Assembly: GCA_030599585.1 (NCBI GenBank)
Contig: JAUVNS010000009.1
Span: 32,001-96,000, forward strand
DNA length: 64,000 nucleotides
Direction of reading: 5' to 3'
Source: Promethearchaeota archaeon
GTDB lineage: Archaea > Asgardarchaeota > Lokiarchaeia > Sigyniarchaeales > SOKP01
Shown piece by piece: positions 29,836 through 38,228 of the stretch. Made by a program: the position numbers and the translations under genes. Every line of letters begins with the position of its first letter. Positions within the stretch are counted from its first letter, which is position 1. Under the pieces are notes generated by a model. The model was not told where the DNA came from. It saw nothing but the letters and a program-made list of their open reading frames with translations, and ran no database searches.

Positions 29836-30983
29836 GAGATCTAGAGATTTTAGAATCCAAAGCACAGACCTTTTACGTAAAGAAAGAAGGAATTCCTAAA
29901 GGATGCCAACAATGTTTAAAAGGTACTAAAGCAGTATTATTTCTTAATGGAATCTGTCAGAACCCAAAACACTGTTGGTGGTATTGTCCAATTTCTGAAA
30001 AACGAAAAGGTAAGAAAGATACATATATAAATGAGATTCAAATATCTTCTAAAGAGCAGATACTGCACGAACTTAAAGCTATTAATGCGAAAGGTATGAG
30101 CATTACGGGGGGAGACCCATTATATGAACCCAACTTAAAAAAAACGCTTGAATATATTAAATTCATCAAAAAAATTAAAGGAAAAAAGTTTCATATTCAT
30201 CTTTATACCAACGGTCTTAATTTTAGCGAAGAAATTGCGATAAAACTCGCACGAGCAGGGTTAGACGAAATTAGATTCAACCCATCAAAAGATAATTGGA
30301 ATGTGATGAAATACGCATTAAATAAGGGTATGTCTGTAGGAGCTGAAGTACCTGTGATTCCAGAAGTGGAGTATATAGAAAATTTGAAAAAATTCATTTT
30401 TTATTTAAACAAAATAGGCGCAGACTTTATCAATTTGAATGAATTTGAGTATAGTTTACCCAATAGCCAAAATTTACTAGAACGTAATTTCAAATTGGAA
30501 GCAGGTACAATAGCTTCTGTAAAGAATAGTAAAGAGTGTGCAATGAAGCTCATACATGATATCGTTCCAAAAGTTACAATAAAAATTCATTTTTGTACGA
30601 TTATAGCTAAGGATTATTGGCAATTGAGAGAAAGGTACTTGAGACGCGCAAAAACTGTTAAATTAAAATACGAAGAAATCACGAGAGAAGGGTTGCTATT
30701 ATACGCTCTAATAGAAGGCAAGGAGAAGGATATTAAAGAGTTTTGTAATCTTTTATTAAATGAACTAAAAGTCCCTCAAAACTTCTTATCTTGCGAAGCA
30801 ACTTATCTTAAATTACCCATAAAGTTTGCTATGGAAGAAAGATTATTGGATTTACTGAATCAACATAATTTACAAGGATACATAATAGAAATGACACCCT
30901 TTCGAGAAGAAAAATATCAACAAATAACGGAAAAAACACCTATCAAGTTATTCAAAGAAGAGATGCGACTTAATGATTATTGA
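29832..30983 (+). CDS. radical SAM protein (COG2108-like)
   Basis: PKGCQQC..G.K.VLF, Cys cluster, ITGGDP, HLYT, GLDEIRF and NLNEFE. Confidence 0.85.
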   Translation: MRDLEILESKAQTFYVKKEGIPKGCQQCLKGTKAVLFLNGICQNPKHCWWYCPISEKRKGKKDTYINEIQISSKEQILHELKAINAKGMSITGGDPLYEPNLKKTLEYIKFIKKIKGKKFHIHLYTNGLNFSEEIAIKLARAGLDEIRFNPSKDNWNVMKYALNKGMSVGAEVPVIPEVEYIENLKKFIFYLNKIGADFINLNEFEYSLPNSQNLLERNFKLEAGTIASVKNSKECAMKLIHDIVPKVTIKIHFCTIIAKDYWQLRERYLRRAKTVKLKYEEITREGLLLYALIEGKEKDIKEFCNLLLNELKVPQNFLSCEATYLKLPIKFAMEERLLDLLNQHNLQGYIIEMTPFREEKYQQITEKTPIKLFKEEMRLNDY

Positions 30984-31419
30984 TACCGTCACTCTTAAGG
31001 ATTTAGACGAAATCTACAATTTAGAAAGAAGATCTTTTAAGAAAGACTCATTTTCTAAAGAATTAATTCTTAATTTGATAATAAAGAACACATGTTTTTT
31101 TAAGCTCATTGATGACGAATCATCGAATAGTATTATTGGGTTCATCATTATTATTCAAGATCGAGAAGAAAGAGTAAACTTAATTAACTTTTTAATTAAA
31201 AAAGGGGAAAGAAAAAGAGGTTATGGGAGTTTTCTCTTAAGACACACCCTGAAAAAAGTAAAAACTATAGATAAGATTAAAACAATTGTATTGAATGTAA
31301 ACTCCAAAAATAAAGCTGCTATTAGTTTGTATCAAAAATTTGATTTTCGAATTGCCCAAAGAATAGAAAATTATTATCGGGACAAGCAAAGCGCTTACTT
31401 AATGATATTGGACATTTAA
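30973..31419 (+). CDS. rimI: RimI/Ard1-like GNAT N-acetyltransferase
   Basis: RKRGYGS, L.V...N..AI.LYQKF.F and YY..A..M motifs. Confidence 0.85.
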   Translation: MIIDTVTLKDLDEIYNLERRSFKKDSFSKELILNLIIKNTCFFKLIDDESSNSIIGFIIIIQDREERVNLINFLIKKGERKRGYGSFLLRHTLKKVKTIDKIKTIVLNVNSKNKAAISLYQKFDFRIAQRIENYYRDKQSAYLMILDI

Positions 31420-31528
31420 TCATTTTCTAAAAACCAAGACTTATAAATAAATTCTATTACAAATTGTGTATAGAACGCATTGATAATGTGCTCATAAAAG
31501 GAAACTAAACAAAAAGGTTTGAATTATT

Positions 31529-31681
31529 ATGTCGTTAGGAAACGAATTAAAAGACGAAATTAAAAAAGGTGTTGCTCTCCAAAAGGTTGACGATGAAGAA
31601 ATGAAAAAACGCGAAGAAGAGAAGAAGAAACGAATGGAAGAATTAGAAAAAGTCAAACAAGCCTTAGGAGCAACAGATTAA
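31529..31681 (+). CDS. 50-aa microprotein with WH2-like motif (not in ORF track)
   Basis: MSLGNELKDEIKKGVALQKVDDEEMKKREEEKKKRMEELEKVKQALGATD*. Upstream AAGGT and a TATA-like TTATAAATAA; T-rich tract downstream. Confidence 0.75.
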   Translation: MSLGNELKDEIKKGVALQKVDDEEMKKREEEKKKRMEELEKVKQALGATD

Positions 31682-31769
31682 CACACACAACAGTGTTTTT
31701 TGTATTTTTATATTTTTTTTCTTTATTCTTAGTTAACTCACAAAAACCCAAGCAAGATGCAATTTAAGT

Positions 31770-32906
31770 GTGTTAAACTTAATTGTTAGGGTTAATTATA
31801 ACAATTTAGGAATTTTGAGTTTGAAGTGTCTAATGAAAATTCTGGATATTGATAAGAAGGAGGAAACAGTTTCATTAAGAATCGAAGATTTAAACGATCT
31901 ATGGACGCTCTATAATATTATTGCCAAAAATGACCAAGTAACTTCACGAACAAACCGTAGAATAGTTTTAAAAGAGGGTTCTAAAGGAGAAAGAAAACAA
32001 ATGAAATTGAAACTAAAAGTCGATTCCATCGCATTCCACGAGTTTTCAAATCGGCTAAGAGTGAAAGGAACTATCTTAGAAGGCCCAGAAGATTTTGTTT
32101 CGTATGGGACATATCATACGTTTAATATAGAACCAGGGCAAACATTGACAATTGAAAAACCTAAGTGGTTAAAAAGCGAGATTAAACGTCTTAGGAAATC
32201 ACCTAGATTTCAAACTGATTTTGTCATGCTAATGGTAGCGATCGAAACAGGGTTGGCAACAATCGCGCTCATTACAAATTATAGTCATAATAGAATAGCT
32301 ACAGTAAAAAAAAACATCCCCGGCAAAAGATACGAGCAGTCACATCGAAATAAAGCGTACGAAGAATTCTATAGAGATATTAGTAGCATAATTAAAGAAA
32401 AAACAGAACGTGTAGACTTAAAAATCATTATAATATGTGGTCCTGGGAGCACTAAGGATCACTTAAAACAATTTATTAAAGAAAAATCCCATATAACGAG
32501 GTTACCGAAAATCGTAAGCATTCAAGCTGGCTCTGGAACTGAAAGCGCTATTCTAGAAACTCTTAAATCAAAAGAACTCAAAATCCTACTAAAAAATGTT
32601 AAAATTTTCCTTGAAACTGAGAAAATTGAGGAAATTTTTCAGTTATTCAGTACCAATTCAGATTTAATTGCAATTGGATTCGATGAAATCTCGAACGCTA
32701 TTGAAAAAAGGGCAGTAAAAGAACTTTTTTGTGCAGATATTCTTATACGAGGTGCATCAAAGAAACAGAAATTAAGAATAGAACAAATATTAAACGATGT
32801 AGAATCTTTAGGGGGAGAAATTCATATTTTAAGCAGCGAACATCCAACAGGGCAACAAATAATTGATTTAGGATCTATCGTCGCTATATTAAGATTTAAA
32901 ATTTAA
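31770..32906 (+). CDS. pelA: mRNA surveillance protein pelota (probable start ATG at 31833)
   Basis: DLWTLYNII, RLRVKG.I, YHT, PGKRY, GPG and LG.IVAILRF. Confidence 0.95.
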   Translation: MLNLIVRVNYNNLGILSLKCLMKILDIDKKEETVSLRIEDLNDLWTLYNIIAKNDQVTSRTNRRIVLKEGSKGERKQMKLKLKVDSIAFHEFSNRLRVKGTILEGPEDFVSYGTYHTFNIEPGQTLTIEKPKWLKSEIKRLRKSPRFQTDFVMLMVAIETGLATIALITNYSHNRIATVKKNIPGKRYEQSHRNKAYEEFYRDISSIIKEKTERVDLKIIIICGPGSTKDHLKQFIKEKSHITRLPKIVSIQAGSGTESAILETLKSKELKILLKNVKIFLETEKIEEIFQLFSTNSDLIAIGFDEISNAIEKRAVKELFCADILIRGASKKQKLRIEQILNDVESLGGEIHILSSEHPTGQQIIDLGSIVAILRFKI

Positions 32907-32909
32907 GAA

Positions 32910-33977
32910 TTGCAAAATTATAACATTTATTCTAACATGAATGATAAAATACAATATGTTGATAAAACCTCTAATATCCCTCTAATGGGAGTAGATTTTT
33001 TAGGGATCATTGATAGAGGGACAAATGTAATAGAATTTAAACCAATTACTCTTTGTAACCTCAAATGCAAGTACTGCTTTGTAAATTCTGGTAATTACGA
33101 CACAAACTTCATCGTAGATTCCAACTACTTAATCGAAAAAGTTTTAGATATTGTCAGAATAAAGGGAGCCTACAATCTTGAAATTCACTTTTCGCCTTAT
33201 GGAGAGATATTACTTTACAAAGAACTTGAAAATCTGTTAAAAAAGCTCTCAGATATCAAAGGAATCTCTGTTATATCGACGCAATCTAATGGTTTATTAC
33301 TTTCGAAACCAGTTATTAAAAAATTAAAAAAATCGAACCTCACTCGGATTAACATAAGCCTAAATAGTTTAAAAGAGGAGACGGATTGTTATCTTTGTAA
33401 CTGTACTCAGTATGACGTCGATAAGCTTATTAAAAATATTTATTCGCTGATGAACTCCAACATACAGGTATTGATCGCGCCGGTATGGTTTCCCGGAGAA
33501 AACGACAAGGATATAGAAGAAATTATAGAATTTGTTCTTAACGCGAGGAATGAGGGATATTCAAAGAGTCAATTACAAATAGGTATCCAGAAATATTTGA
33601 TTTACAAGACTGGTAGAACCCTTAAAAAAGTACAATCAAAATCTTGGGGGTATTTTTATTTATATTTATCCAAGTTAGAGAAAAAATTCAAGATTAAATT
33701 AAAACTGGGACCTCACGATTTTGGAATTCATAAACGTAAACGCGTATCAACCTTGAATCTTCAGAAAAATGACTTACTTAAAATAGAAATAGTATCTAGG
33801 GGAAGGTGGGAAAATGAGTGCATTGGCAAAATCAATAATTCTCTTGGAATAAAAGTATTATTGAAAAAGCCACTTGTTTTTTCTGAAGAACTAATTGGAA
33901 AAATTATTGAGGTTAAAGTAATAAAAGCAAACTATAAAGATAATATACTCACTGCCTTATTTCCTCATAAATTGTAA
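32910..33977 (+). CDS. radical SAM protein with C-terminal TRAM-like domain (COG2100-like)
   Basis: IPLMG..FLGIIDRGTNVIE.KP, CNLKCKYC and LIAPV. Confidence 0.88.
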   Translation: MQNYNIYSNMNDKIQYVDKTSNIPLMGVDFLGIIDRGTNVIEFKPITLCNLKCKYCFVNSGNYDTNFIVDSNYLIEKVLDIVRIKGAYNLEIHFSPYGEILLYKELENLLKKLSDIKGISVISTQSNGLLLSKPVIKKLKKSNLTRINISLNSLKEETDCYLCNCTQYDVDKLIKNIYSLMNSNIQVLIAPVWFPGENDKDIEEIIEFVLNARNEGYSKSQLQIGIQKYLIYKTGRTLKKVQSKSWGYFYLYLSKLEKKFKIKLKLGPHDFGIHKRKRVSTLNLQKNDLLKIEIVSRGRWENECIGKINNSLGIKVLLKKPLVFSEELIGKIIEVKVIKANYKDNILTALFPHKL

Positions 33978-34060
33978 CTTAATAAAAAGACTAAAAATTA
34001 TAATTACGAATTTACATTAGAATAGTATCGCAATAAAACATTAATCAATATTTTTTAAGT

Positions 34061-34693
34061 TTGATTATAATGACTCCAATTATAACGCATGAAGATGAAC
34101 TTGAACTATCAAGTCTGGAAAAAGAATTAGTATCCCAAATAAAGAAACTAGCAAAGGCTCAGAGCACATTAATTGATTCTCAAAAAAAGTACGCCGATAA
34201 TTTAAAAAAAGCAACACTCACTCGAGAAACACTCAACAGAACATTTAGAGATGTATTGAAACACATGCAGACTCTAGTACGAGAGAAAAGATCAAATATT
34301 AAAGACGAAGAAGTGAAATTATTCCAAGATATTATTCACAAAAACGATGAATACATAGAAGTAAACAACAAGTATATTGATTCGATTAAGGATATTGCCG
34401 TAAAAAAAGACTACTTAGTCGAAAAAAAATACGAATTTGCTTCGGCTTTAAGCGAAGTAGCAAACAAAAGAAGCGTAGTCATCAAAAAAGCATTATCTGT
34501 TGAGAAAAAAAAAAACGATCTAATCGAAGGAGAAAAAATGAAACTTTTAGAGTCTGAATTGAACGATTTGCAAAGAGACTTTGATCGCGCTCGAGATATT
34601 TTAATAAAAAAAATAGACCAATTTTTACAGGTTAAGAACGAAGTAGATGAATTGTGGGTAAATTTAAAAAATAATGTCAACAAAGCTAGCTGA
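34061..34693 (+). CDS. all-helical coiled-coil protein (BAR-like candidate)
   Basis: About 205 aa of long amphipathic helices, with almost no Pro or Gly. Confidence 0.65.
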   Translation: MIIMTPIITHEDELELSSLEKELVSQIKKLAKAQSTLIDSQKKYADNLKKATLTRETLNRTFRDVLKHMQTLVREKRSNIKDEEVKLFQDIIHKNDEYIEVNNKYIDSIKDIAVKKDYLVEKKYEFASALSEVANKRSVVIKKALSVEKKKNDLIEGEKMKLLESELNDLQRDFDRARDILIKKIDQFLQVKNEVDELWVNLKNNVNKAS

Positions 34694-34823
34694 CTTTAAA
34701 CTTTTTTTATTTTATTTTTATACAATTATCACATATGAACTTAAATTTATTAAATAGTTCAGATATATAATTATTAGAAAAAATACTTGGATAAATCGTT
34801 ATTATTAAATTCGAGAGAATAAA

Positions 34824-35258
34824 ATGGCAGAAGAATTCGCAAATTTCATGCAAGAAACAAAAAAGGCTCCTTTAGAAGAAAAACTAAACGCCTTTGGAGA
34901 CATCGTTGAAAGAATGATGTTTGTAATTTTAAAAATACCCGACTTAGTAGATCAGTCTTTAGCTACTGTAAATCAAAAAATATCCACATTGGAATCACGA
35001 TTCAATACGATTAACAATGAGGTATCATCATTAAGGACCAAAGGCGTTGGGACATCCCCAGTAATCGCTTCACCTACCTCCCCAAGCAGCGCACCACCGC
35101 CTTCTGGAGGCCCGCCTGGAGGTCCACCTGGAGGTCCACCTGGAGGTCCACCACCACCTGGAGGACCCGGAGCCGCTCGTCCAGCAAGTCCGGTGAGCTT
35201 AAGAGGTGCCATAATGGGCGAATTAAAGCAACTTTTTTCTAAGAGAAACCAATCGTGA
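34824..35258 (+). CDS. coiled-coil / polyproline / C-terminal amphipathic helix protein
   Basis: Coiled coil, then PPPSGGPPGGPPGGPPGGPPPPGGPG, then SLRGAIMGELKQLFSKR. Confidence 0.8.
   Translation: MAEEFANFMQETKKAPLEEKLNAFGDIVERMMFVILKIPDLVDQSLATVNQKISTLESRFNTINNEVSSLRTKGVGTSPVIASPTSPSSAPPPSGGPPGGPPGGPPGGPPPPGGPGAARPASPVSLRGAIMGELKQLFSKRNQS
35103..35168 (+). repeat. 12-bp tandem repeat CCTGGAGGTCCA (3 perfect copies at 35115-35150 plus 2 degenerate) encoding (PGGP)n
   Basis: Read directly from the sequence. Confidence 0.9.
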
Positions 35259-35559
35259 TAGTTACTTTATGAATTATTTTTGCAAAGTAAATTCGCTCCA
35301 AACCTTCGCGATTGAAGAAATTTTTTCGCTATTATTTACATGCAGTTTAACTTGAGACGATTTATTTTCAGTCGTTCATTATTAAGTATAATCTAAGTGT
35401 TTTTAAAATCAATTAAAATTAAAACTAAAAAAAAAATATATTACCATAAGAAGTATTCTGTTTTGATTTGATTTCTTTGGTGTAAGAATTATCAGTAATG
35501 GTTCAGAAGTTAACAGGGTAAATGTTGCTCACGATTTACAAAGACAAATCCTAGAAATT

Positions 35560-37215
35560 ATGTCCCTCGTGAGGGTTATAAATAATTATTATTATAAAAA
35601 AGCAAAGATAGAAAAAAAACCAAAACCTCTCACACGAAAAGGGTTAAAAGACGAGTTAAAAAATATAGAACGAGATGGAGATTGGCTTCACACCGTTCCG
35701 TTAGCTATAAACTCGTTAAGTGACGATTTAAATATTAAGAAAGATTCCTTCAAATTTCCCGATAGCATAATTTTATTTGAGGCGTGGATGAATTTAGGTT
35801 TTGGAGCCCTTTTTCCTAGATTAGTGCTTCATTACAAATTTCCTGGATTTTTAAAAGGCGAAAAAACGAGGAATGTTTTCCAATTCACATATTCAACTTC
35901 TAGAGGATTCGGATTTCCCATATACTTTGGTCCAGAATTCTATGGGTATATGTTAACGATAGGTAAAATTTTAGAACCTTTGTTTAAATGGAGCCACACT
36001 ATCTGTCACAGAGCAAATCAAGTGATTTATCTTGTTGGAAAAAAATATGAGATAAAAAGACATCACCCTGGAGAATTTGAATCTGTAATTATATCAGAGT
36101 ATAATAACAAAGTGTTTAAAGTAATTGACACACTTTTACACGGATATTATACGCAAGACCCAAAAACACTTGGTGTGTTCTCAAGTTTAGAAAATGCGTT
36201 AGATAATGTTACATTTTCTTATTCTGTAGGAGATCACGCTATGTCTGCTGAAAGAGAAAAATCAAAGAAAACAATTAGCGTATCATTAATTACGCACGAC
36301 ACTATCGTTCGAAAATACAATGTAAATTTTTACGACTATTTAAATGATTTAATAGCAACAGAAAAGTTGATAAAAAGAAAGATCATCCACTTTAAACAGT
36401 TAAGGAAAGAGTTTATTAGTAATCTAAAGAGAATTGATAGAATTAAATTTAGAATCGATCAATCTAAATCATTTTCAATTCCAAGTTTGAAAATTTCTCA
36501 AAAATTTTCTCAAATTCAAGAATGTTCCCTTCATGTTCGACTTATGGAAATAATTATGAAAATGCTATGGACAACCCCCCTTTATACCCATACGATTCAT
36601 AAAACTATCGACGACGAATTCAATCTTCAAAAGCAGAAACGAAATGAATTTATAACTGATTTTAGTAATACATCAATAGATTCAATTTTTTTACTCTTCA
36701 TAAAGAAATTCGAAGAAAGAAACTCGTTTTCTTTCAAAGAAAAGGATGTTATCAATGAATTAGTTAATCTTAAGGATAAAATTGGACCTATGTGGCTTAA
36801 CTTTAAGGAGGAACATTTCAATTTTGCTTTGAAAAAACTAAGCGATCTTTCTACTTTATCGTTGAATGATGTTAGTTATAGGAAGGTTGTAAACGAATAC
36901 ATAGACAACCTTATTCCAATTTTTTCAATTTATGAAATTTTTAATAGAGCTCTTTCAGAATCCGTTTATCCCGAATCAGTTCCTCAAATAAAACGGTTGG
37001 GAGGATATTTTGCTAGTATATTAACCTCAAGGTTTAATCCTTTCGGAGTAAACCTAATGAATCTTTTTAATAAATTAGCGTTTAATAACTGGAGCTATCT
37101 AATAATAAATAGAAAATTAAATCGAAAACAATTTTTCAAATTGATAATGAAACTTCCTATTTGGAAAAATATTCCTAGGACTATTAAAAAGGAAATACTT
37201 AGCTCAGATTTTTAA
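35560..37215 (+). CDS. hypothetical protein
   Basis: 551-aa ORF; the frame is open upstream to 35467; no motif recognised. Confidence 0.7.
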   Translation: MSLVRVINNYYYKKAKIEKKPKPLTRKGLKDELKNIERDGDWLHTVPLAINSLSDDLNIKKDSFKFPDSIILFEAWMNLGFGALFPRLVLHYKFPGFLKGEKTRNVFQFTYSTSRGFGFPIYFGPEFYGYMLTIGKILEPLFKWSHTICHRANQVIYLVGKKYEIKRHHPGEFESVIISEYNNKVFKVIDTLLHGYYTQDPKTLGVFSSLENALDNVTFSYSVGDHAMSAEREKSKKTISVSLITHDTIVRKYNVNFYDYLNDLIATEKLIKRKIIHFKQLRKEFISNLKRIDRIKFRIDQSKSFSIPSLKISQKFSQIQECSLHVRLMEIIMKMLWTTPLYTHTIHKTIDDEFNLQKQKRNEFITDFSNTSIDSIFLLFIKKFEERNSFSFKEKDVINELVNLKDKIGPMWLNFKEEHFNFALKKLSDLSTLSLNDVSYRKVVNEYIDNLIPIFSIYEIFNRALSESVYPESVPQIKRLGGYFASILTSRFNPFGVNLMNLFNKLAFNNWSYLIINRKLNRKQFFKLIMKLPIWKNIPRTIKKEILSSDF

Positions 37216-37245
37216 CTGTTCATGTAGGAGCTGATTTTAACGAGG

Positions 37246-37857
37246 TTAGAATTCAAGAAAGCCTGGATCGTCAAAAATATCTTCGATTTTTTTTGCTTTC
37301 TTCATGTCGCTTTCGTCGTGCTCTGTAAATAAAGACTCGTCATCTGTTTTTATTCCTTTCTCTAACTCAAGGGAGTCTAGTTGAAGTAATGCATCCTTTT
37401 CTAATCTATTATATTCTTCCGATCTAATTTTCCATTTATTAACTACATCAAGGTTAATATTATCTTCATCTTCTAAAGCCTCAGCAGCTTTAGCTTTGCA
37501 AATATCCGATAAAATAGAATAAATTAGAACCAATTCCCCCCATTCATTTTTCGGTTTAAGTTTCTCTAAGCGTTTTTCTAATCTCTGAAGTTCTTGATCA
37601 GCGTAATGAATATCGATAAAATCTCCAAAGGCATCAACGGGTTCTGAGATTGAATTAACTAAAACTTCCTTTGTTAAACCACAATGACCACACTTCACTG
37701 TAGCAATTGCGCTTTTCCGAATATTCTTAACCTTGATAGATTTTTCACCGCAATCCATATTAAATGGGATATCCATTTAGTTATTTGGGCATGTGAAAAT
37801 CTTTGGAACTCTCTTAACTCTTTTATATGATTGTTGTTTACGTTTCCTTCTTCCCAT
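37246..37857 (-). CDS. elf1: transcription elongation factor Elf1 with C-terminal extension; join(37857..37783, 37752..37246), 193 aa if spliced
   Basis: Exon 1 MGRRKRKQQSYKRVKRVPKIFTCPN plus exon 2 CGEKSIKV...KCGHCGL...EPVDAFGDFID gives the Elf1 basic N-terminus, the C2-C2 Zn ribbon and the EPVD motif. Confidence 0.88.
37753..37782 (-). other. putative BHB-type mRNA intron in elf1 (AACTAAATGGATATCCCATTTAATATGGAT)
   Basis: Contains an in-frame TAA. Inner hairpin TAAATGG/CCATTTA, exon-exon stem TTTTCAC-TGC/GCG-GTGAAAA and 3-nt bulges ATA/ATT. Excision restores CPNC. Confidence 0.8.
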
Positions 37858-38228
37858 TATTCAAACACTAATTATTGTATATACTATATAAGAAAAACAT
37901 ACCAAAAAAGTTTTGTTACAATAATTTATAGTAATCATAAAAAACATTTTAATTCCCTGAGTTCATAAATTGAGCTTTAATTTGTTTATAGGTCTTATGG
38001 TTTAATGAGTCCTTAATAGGATTAATATTTTTAAAATTCATTTTTCGCCAGTAAACTTATTCTCTATGTTATTATTTAAAAGAAAAAAGAGTTCTAAGAA
38101 TTTTAAAAACAGATTAGAGCCGAGTTTTAGTTTAAATCGAAAATTTTTTTAGGAATGATACTTTACTGTAATTACTCTTTTTCACAGAATTGTCTTAGCA
38201 GTTTAAAAAAAATGAGTGGAATTTAGGT

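Noticed and set aside
35103-35168. Tandem repeat as a CRISPR array
   Set aside because: 12-bp units without spacers, in frame within a CDS; no cas genes in the window.
34973-35212. Antisense Pro/Gly-rich 79-aa ORF
   Set aside because: A mirror of the near-symmetric CCTGGAGG repeat in the + strand gene.
37246-37776. ORF-track 176-aa protein starting MDIPFNMD as the real gene
   Set aside because: It lacks the Elf1 basic N-terminus and first Cys, which are encoded in frame just upstream; its ATG lies within the putative intron.
37777-37779. Stop-codon recoding (Sec/Pyl) as the explanation for the elf1 stop
   Set aside because: The codon is TAA, not TGA or TAG, and readthrough would leave 10 extra residues inside the CxxC knuckle.
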